Of a stretch of DNA of 64,000 bases, positions 59,005 to 64,000 are shown piece by piece. The notes under the pieces were generated by a model. It saw only the letters and a list, made by a program, of their open reading frames with translations. It searched no databases and was not told the DNA's origin. This DNA comes from Candidatus Helarchaeota archaeon (GTDB taxonomy: Archaea > Asgardarchaeota > Lokiarchaeia > Helarchaeales > RDOG01), in NCBI GenBank assembly GCA_019058315.1, contig JAHPZH010000001.1, positions 1,169,432-1,233,431 of the forward strand, in the 5' to 3' direction. Every line of letters starts with the position of its first letter. The first letter of the stretch is position 1. Both the position numbers and the translations under genes were made by a program.

Positions 59005-59871
59005 TTGTTTTTGGGAGATTATAATACGCAAGTGCTACAGGGCGATGAAAATCTTAGATATATCTTGACATATTACTATATTAATCATTTTACTCCTGCA
59101 GATATGTTACGATTAGGACCACAAGTGTTATCATTTATGATTGTTTTACTTATTGCGATGCTACCAGCCTCAATACCAGTTGTTTATTACTCTTTTAAAT
59201 TAAGAGGTTTTGCAATTTATTCCAAGATGTGGAGACCTTGGAAAAGGTTAGCTTTAGGTTGGTTTATGATGCTCATAGCAGTAATTACGGGAATAACTGA
59301 ATTTGGTATATTGTTAGTAACCGGTATTTTTAACCAACGCATCATATCTTGGTTAACTATGGCTTTACTTGTATCCCCAATGGGTGTTTGTGTATTTGTG
59401 ACTTTATTTTTAACTATTACTGGGATAAAGCAGTTCTATTTAAGTGCAAAAATTGCAGTTAATCCAAATAAAGAAATTGAAAAATTGCGTTATATTATTG
59501 TAATTCATAAATCGGTGGGTGCTACAATATACGATAAACAATTGGGGGAATGGGAAATAGATCCCGATTTGATTGGGGGTTTCTTAGGAGTATTACAAAA
59601 TTTTAGTACTGAAATAAAGAGAAAAGATGCACCAATGCGCAAAATGGAATATAAAGATTTTGAAATTATTCTAGAACAAGGAAAATATGCTATTTTCTCG
59701 TTATTTATTGATGGAAATGAATCTGATTGGATTCGTGAGAAATTACACCAATTTACAAGAGAATTTGAAAATAAATTTGAAGATAATTTTAAGAAATGGT
59801 CCGGTGAAACTACTACTTTCGAAAAATCAGAATTTCTAGTTGAAAGAATCTTTGAGTTATATCGTTTATAA
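59005..59871 (+). CDS. 3-TM membrane domain + longin-like domain protein (paralog)
   Basis: C-terminal domain near-identical to 58077..58907. Confidence 0.7.
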   Translation: MFLGDYNTQVLQGDENLRYILTYYYINHFTPADMLRLGPQVLSFMIVLLIAMLPASIPVVYYSFKLRGFAIYSKMWRPWKRLALGWFMMLIAVITGITEFGILLVTGIFNQRIISWLTMALLVSPMGVCVFVTLFLTITGIKQFYLSAKIAVNPNKEIEKLRYIIVIHKSVGATIYDKQLGEWEIDPDLIGGFLGVLQNFSTEIKRKDAPMRKMEYKDFEIILEQGKYAIFSLFIDGNESDWIREKLHQFTREFENKFEDNFKKWSGETTTFEKSEFLVERIFELYRL

Positions 59872-59938
59872 TCATCTTGTAAAGATTTAAATAACATTTT
59901 ATTTTAATTATTAAATCAATTATTTAGTAATATAATAT

Positions 59939-60406
59939 TTGGAGATAAAATATTTGCTAATATTAGATTCAGAATTAGACTTTTTCGTTACTTTAGCAAG
60001 TTATTTATACATTAGATACTTCTATCCGATAGGAACAATACCAATGTCACCAGAACTGTTACTTACTTTAATCATAGTCCTTATTGCTCTAATTCCATTT
60101 TCTTTACCACTTCTTTACTATGCATTTAAGTTAAAAGGGTTTGTTCAATATTCAAGAATGTGGCAACCTTGGAAGAAATTGGCATTGGGATGGTTTTTAT
60201 TAGTCATAGGAGCGGTTTCAGGGGTTCTAGTATTTGTATTTCTGCTTGTAAGTGGGATGGTAAACCAACCATTTATATCGGTGGTATTTCTATTACTGAT
60301 GATGACTCCTTTGCTTGTATTTATGGGGTTAACCATGGCTTTGACTTATATTGGAATAAAAGATTTCTATAAAAACGCGAAGGAAGCTGTAGAAGCTTCT
60401 CAATAA
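59939..60406 (+). CDS. membrane-domain-only paralog
   Basis: YYAFKL.GF...S.MW.PWK.LALGW is shared; no longin domain. Confidence 0.7.
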   Translation: MEIKYLLILDSELDFFVTLASYLYIRYFYPIGTIPMSPELLLTLIIVLIALIPFSLPLLYYAFKLKGFVQYSRMWQPWKKLALGWFLLVIGAVSGVLVFVFLLVSGMVNQPFISVVFLLLMMTPLLVFMGLTMALTYIGIKDFYKNAKEAVEASQ

Positions 60407-60550
60407 CATCTTTTTTATAAAATTCTATTATTTTTTATAAAATTTATTTATAAAATTATATAGTTTATAAATTGAAAATCATTATTGAATTTAATAATTG
60501 AGTTAATTGTTGTTTTTTATTCACTTATAGATAAATAAGGAATTATTAAT

Positions 60551-62002
60551 ATGGTGACAGAAGAAACAAGTGAAAAATTAGTTCATACCAAAGCAGAATT
60601 ACATTATCTTCATGATTACTTTTTTCCTAAATCGATTGCAATAGTTGGTGCAAGTCAAAGATTAAATTTTGGCTCAACGTTCTTTTTATCTAGCTTAAGG
60701 CATGGATATAAAGGTAAGGTATTTCCGGTTAATCCAAAATATGAAGAAGTTCATAAAATGAAGTGCTATCCCAATCTTACTGTTATCGGTGAACCGATGG
60801 ATATGGTCATTTCTTGTATCCCTGCAAAATTTGTTCCCAATTTAGTTCGAGAATGTGTAAAAACAAATGCAAAATTTATTACCGTTTTTACATCAGGTTT
60901 TGCTGAAGTGGGAAATTATGAACTTCAAAATGAATTGATAGATATAATAAAAGGTTCTAATACTAGAATTGTAGGTCCAAATTGCCTTGGTGCCCATTGT
61001 ACAAAGTCAAGGATTACTTTTAATGGAGATGCGTCTTTTAAAGAAGGCAATGTTTCTTTTTGTTCCCAATCAGGTGGTCATGCTTCTACGTTTTTAGAAA
61101 TAGGTCCAACAAGAAAAGTATATTATTCCAAAGGAGTTAGCTTTGGAAACCAGAGCGATTTGAATTGTGTTGATTTTTTAGATTATTATTCAAAAGATGA
61201 AGATACTGAAGTTATTGGAATGTATCTAGAATCATTTGGATCTGCTGATGCTAGAAAATTTTTAAAAAAATTAAAAGAGACTACTAAAAATAAATGTGTG
61301 GTAATATGGAAAGGGGGTCAAACGAAAGCAGGACAGAAGGCAGCCGCTTCTCACACTGGTGCAATTGCAGCATCTATGAAACTATGGGAAGCTGCTTTAA
61401 AACAAAATGGAGCAATACTTGTTAGGAATAAAAATGAATTCATGGATTGTTTACATTTAGCTTCTGTTTTAGATAAAAAGCCAAAAGGCGAAAATATTGG
61501 CATAGTATTTATTGGTGGCGGTGGTTCAGTTGAAATTACAGATGTTTTTTCGACGTATGGCTTTGAAATCCCCGAATTACTTCCTGAAACTCAAGAAAAA
61601 TTAGATAAGATTTTACCAGATGTCAATACATCACTAAAAAATCCAGTTGATCTTGGTGCGACTGGGATTCTAGTAGATGTTTATATGAAAGTTTTAAAGA
61701 TTGTAGCTAACGACCCAAATGTTGATATTTTATTAACTCAATATTCAATCGATAGATTAATAATGTTTGAAGAAGAAATGCGAGTGCCTAATTTTGCAGT
61801 AACATTTGCTAGATCTTTTGGTAGATTAAAAAGAAATATCGATATCCCTTTAATTTTTCTTGCTACTGTATTTAGAAATAGTGATGTTGTTACACGAACG
61901 CTTCTACGCTTTACTGAGACTTTACATGATAAAAATATTCCTTCATTCTCATCAATTGAAAGGGCAGCTAACAGTTTAGCATATTACTTAAGAATGAAAT
62001 AA
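60551..62002 (+). CDS. ADP-forming acyl-CoA ligase alpha subunit
   Basis: GPNCLG, SQSGG, SHTGA, NPVDL. Confidence 0.85.
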   Translation: MVTEETSEKLVHTKAELHYLHDYFFPKSIAIVGASQRLNFGSTFFLSSLRHGYKGKVFPVNPKYEEVHKMKCYPNLTVIGEPMDMVISCIPAKFVPNLVRECVKTNAKFITVFTSGFAEVGNYELQNELIDIIKGSNTRIVGPNCLGAHCTKSRITFNGDASFKEGNVSFCSQSGGHASTFLEIGPTRKVYYSKGVSFGNQSDLNCVDFLDYYSKDEDTEVIGMYLESFGSADARKFLKKLKETTKNKCVVIWKGGQTKAGQKAAASHTGAIAASMKLWEAALKQNGAILVRNKNEFMDCLHLASVLDKKPKGENIGIVFIGGGGSVEITDVFSTYGFEIPELLPETQEKLDKILPDVNTSLKNPVDLGATGILVDVYMKVLKIVANDPNVDILLTQYSIDRLIMFEEEMRVPNFAVTFARSFGRLKRNIDIPLIFLATVFRNSDVVTRTLLRFTETLHDKNIPSFSSIERAANSLAYYLRMK

Positions 62003-62050
62003 TATCTGAAAAAATTAAAAAATGGGGAAATGGATTTTACAATCAAGTAC

Positions 62051-62263
62051 TTAGGGAGTTGCAATCATTACATTCGAAGCTTTGATTACTGCCCAAACTT
62101 CCTTGCCTTCTTTCAACTCTAATCTTTCTGCTGATGATTTGGTGATGATTGATACTATTTCTAAACCACTATCTAATTCAACCGTGATTTCAGAATTGAC
62201 GGCACCAACGACGATCTTCTTTATTTTTCCCTTTAAAACATTTCTTGCACTAATTTTGGTCAT
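62051..62263 (-). CDS. mop: molbindin (Mop/TOBE) molybdate-binding protein
   Basis: ISARNVLKG...SIIT..S...L.L..G..V.A.IKAS.V. Confidence 0.9.
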   Translation of the reverse strand: MTKISARNVLKGKIKKIVVGAVNSEITVELDSGLEIVSIITKSSAERLELKEGKEVWAVIKASNVMIATP

Positions 62264-62333
62264 TTTTATCCTCCAATTAATAATTTGGAAAAGAATAAAA
62301 TAAAACTTTCTTTTATTTCAAATTGGTATAAAA

Positions 62334-62864
62334 TTGAAATTATATATACATAGGATTTCAAATGATTGGCTGAAAACTACCTTAAAATGGTTTAAAAACG
62401 AATATTTACCATTTTTTACTAACAAAATCTCTAAAATCTTCTCTTTCGATATAGGAGAGTTACAAGATTTAAATATTTATTTTGAAAAGCAAAATTTTTC
62501 TAAGAATATGATTCATATAGTTGCTAAAACTCAAAAACTAAATGAAAAACAGTTTTTACTACAATTAAATGAATTTAAAATCAAAAAAATTTCTGAAGTT
62601 ACAAATAATGTTAGAAAATATATAATTTCAGTGATAATTGGACATGAATTAATTCACATTTTTCAATTCTATTTAAAAATAATTGGATCTAGAAAGGAAG
62701 AGCTTTATTCTAAGACTTGGATACCATTTCTACGTGAAGTAAAAGCATATAAATATAGTCAAATAATAGCCGCAAAACATTATACAATTAGTAATGGATT
62801 TCCGGAAAACCAAGCTCTAAAGCTTTTTAGTCCTATCTTTAATTATTACCATAGTTTACTTTAA
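62334..62864 (+). CDS. hypothetical protein with HExxH zinc-metallopeptidase-like motif
   Basis: IGHELIH...E.KAY. Confidence 0.45.
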   Translation: MKLYIHRISNDWLKTTLKWFKNEYLPFFTNKISKIFSFDIGELQDLNIYFEKQNFSKNMIHIVAKTQKLNEKQFLLQLNEFKIKKISEVTNNVRKYIISVIIGHELIHIFQFYLKIIGSRKEELYSKTWIPFLREVKAYKYSQIIAAKHYTISNGFPENQALKLFSPIFNYYHSLL

Positions 62865-62898
62865 CTAAAATTATCGCTTATTATTTATTAATAAAACA

Positions 62899-63891
62899 TC
62901 ATATTTGAATTTTGACGACATTACAGCCTATTTCTTTGAATTTTTCAATAAGATTTTCATACATTTTTTCATTTTTAAATGTCCCAATGATAGCTCCTCC
63001 CGATCCTGGAAATTTTGAAGTTGCCCCAATTGACCTAGCTAGCTTTATCATCCGCAAGTTTTTTTCTGTAATTGGATATATACTTGATCTTAAATCGAAA
63101 TTTTTATTGATAAGGCTATTAAATTTTTCTAAATTTCCCTGCATAAGTGAATCATATCCCTCTTGTGCATTGTTACCAATTTTTGACATAATTTCTCTAA
63201 TATTTTTATCCCCTCTTTCCCATCTTATCCTAACATCATTATGGGCAATATCTTTATGAGTTAAATCTACTTGATAAGCGAGATACAAAGAAGGAAATAA
63301 ATCAGGATTTATGGATTTATAAATACCATAGCTATTTTTTTTCATAGTTTTTTCGTTGAAATCCATAAAAACAGGTTCGTTATAAACTTGAACTACTCTA
63401 TCTTGAAGACCAGCAGAAATACCTAACTCTTTTGATTCGGCCCATAAAACATAGTTCGCCATAATAGGCATTTCAATATTTATTTCGTAAAATTTCGATA
63501 ATGCTTTAATAGTTGATGTAATAATTGCACTAGAACCAGCAAGCCCTACTTGTCGGGGTATATTTGAGGTATATTGAATCTTGAAATTTATTTCAGGAAC
63601 GGTGATATTATTAATTTTAATATAATCATAGAATTGCTTTAAAGCAGCTTTAATTAAACGGAATCCACCATAATATCCATGAATTTTAATATCATTAATC
63701 ATTTCTTCTAATGTACCGAAGTCAATATGGTCACTTGGACCGGGTAGTATCTTAATTCTATCTGATTTAGATAATTTAATTTCTGCATGAAAGTTTCTAA
63801 TTGGAATTGAAATAGTTTTTCCAAAAAAACCATCAGAGGGATTTCCAAGAAGACCAGCTCGTGCAGGTGTCTTTATTATGATATCAGTCAT
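62899..63891 (-). CDS. GHMP kinase (glucuronokinase-like)
   Basis: PARAGLLGNPSD, IPRQVGLAGSSA, AGLQDRV, PGSGGA. Confidence 0.85.
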   Translation of the reverse strand: MTDIIIKTPARAGLLGNPSDGFFGKTISIPIRNFHAEIKLSKSDRIKILPGPSDHIDFGTLEEMINDIKIHGYYGGFRLIKAALKQFYDYIKINNITVPEINFKIQYTSNIPRQVGLAGSSAIITSTIKALSKFYEINIEMPIMANYVLWAESKELGISAGLQDRVVQVYNEPVFMDFNEKTMKKNSYGIYKSINPDLFPSLYLAYQVDLTHKDIAHNDVRIRWERGDKNIREIMSKIGNNAQEGYDSLMQGNLEKFNSLINKNFDLRSSIYPITEKNLRMIKLARSIGATSKFPGSGGAIIGTFKNEKMYENLIEKFKEIGCNVVKIQI

Positions 63892-64000
63892 GAGAATATT
63901 CGCTTTTTTATTTGTCTTCAGATTCATATAAAGGACTGTTCTTTACATCCGAACTGGTATCTATTAATCTCTTTGTCACAAATGAGAAAGGTCCAGACTT

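Overview
AT-rich archaeal genomic window, most likely from an Asgard archaeon (Loki/Hel-like). This assignment is inferred from a Rab-like GTPase, longin and longin-DENN proteins, V4R-like proteins, a nurA-herA-mre11-rad50 operon and many acyl-CoA enzymes. The standout locus spans 22582-29479. It is a three-gene operon (1038-aa HEAT/ARM-like protein, SWIM zinc-finger protein, retron-type reverse transcriptase) resembling type XIII (Mx162-like) retrons. It is followed, downstream of the RT, by three tandem ~195-nt msr-msd-like non-coding units. Each unit has terminal a1/a2 inverted repeats with opposing Gs enclosing an identical-length 175-nt core. The cores are nearly identical except for a 10-bp window in a fixed 17-bp stem that differs in every copy with compensatory changes. 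This looks like a natural multiplexed retron: one RT with three different msDNAs. The rest is housekeeping and metabolic genes, several tandem paralog sets and candidate eukaryotic-signature proteins. All calls come from reading motifs by eye; no database searches were run.
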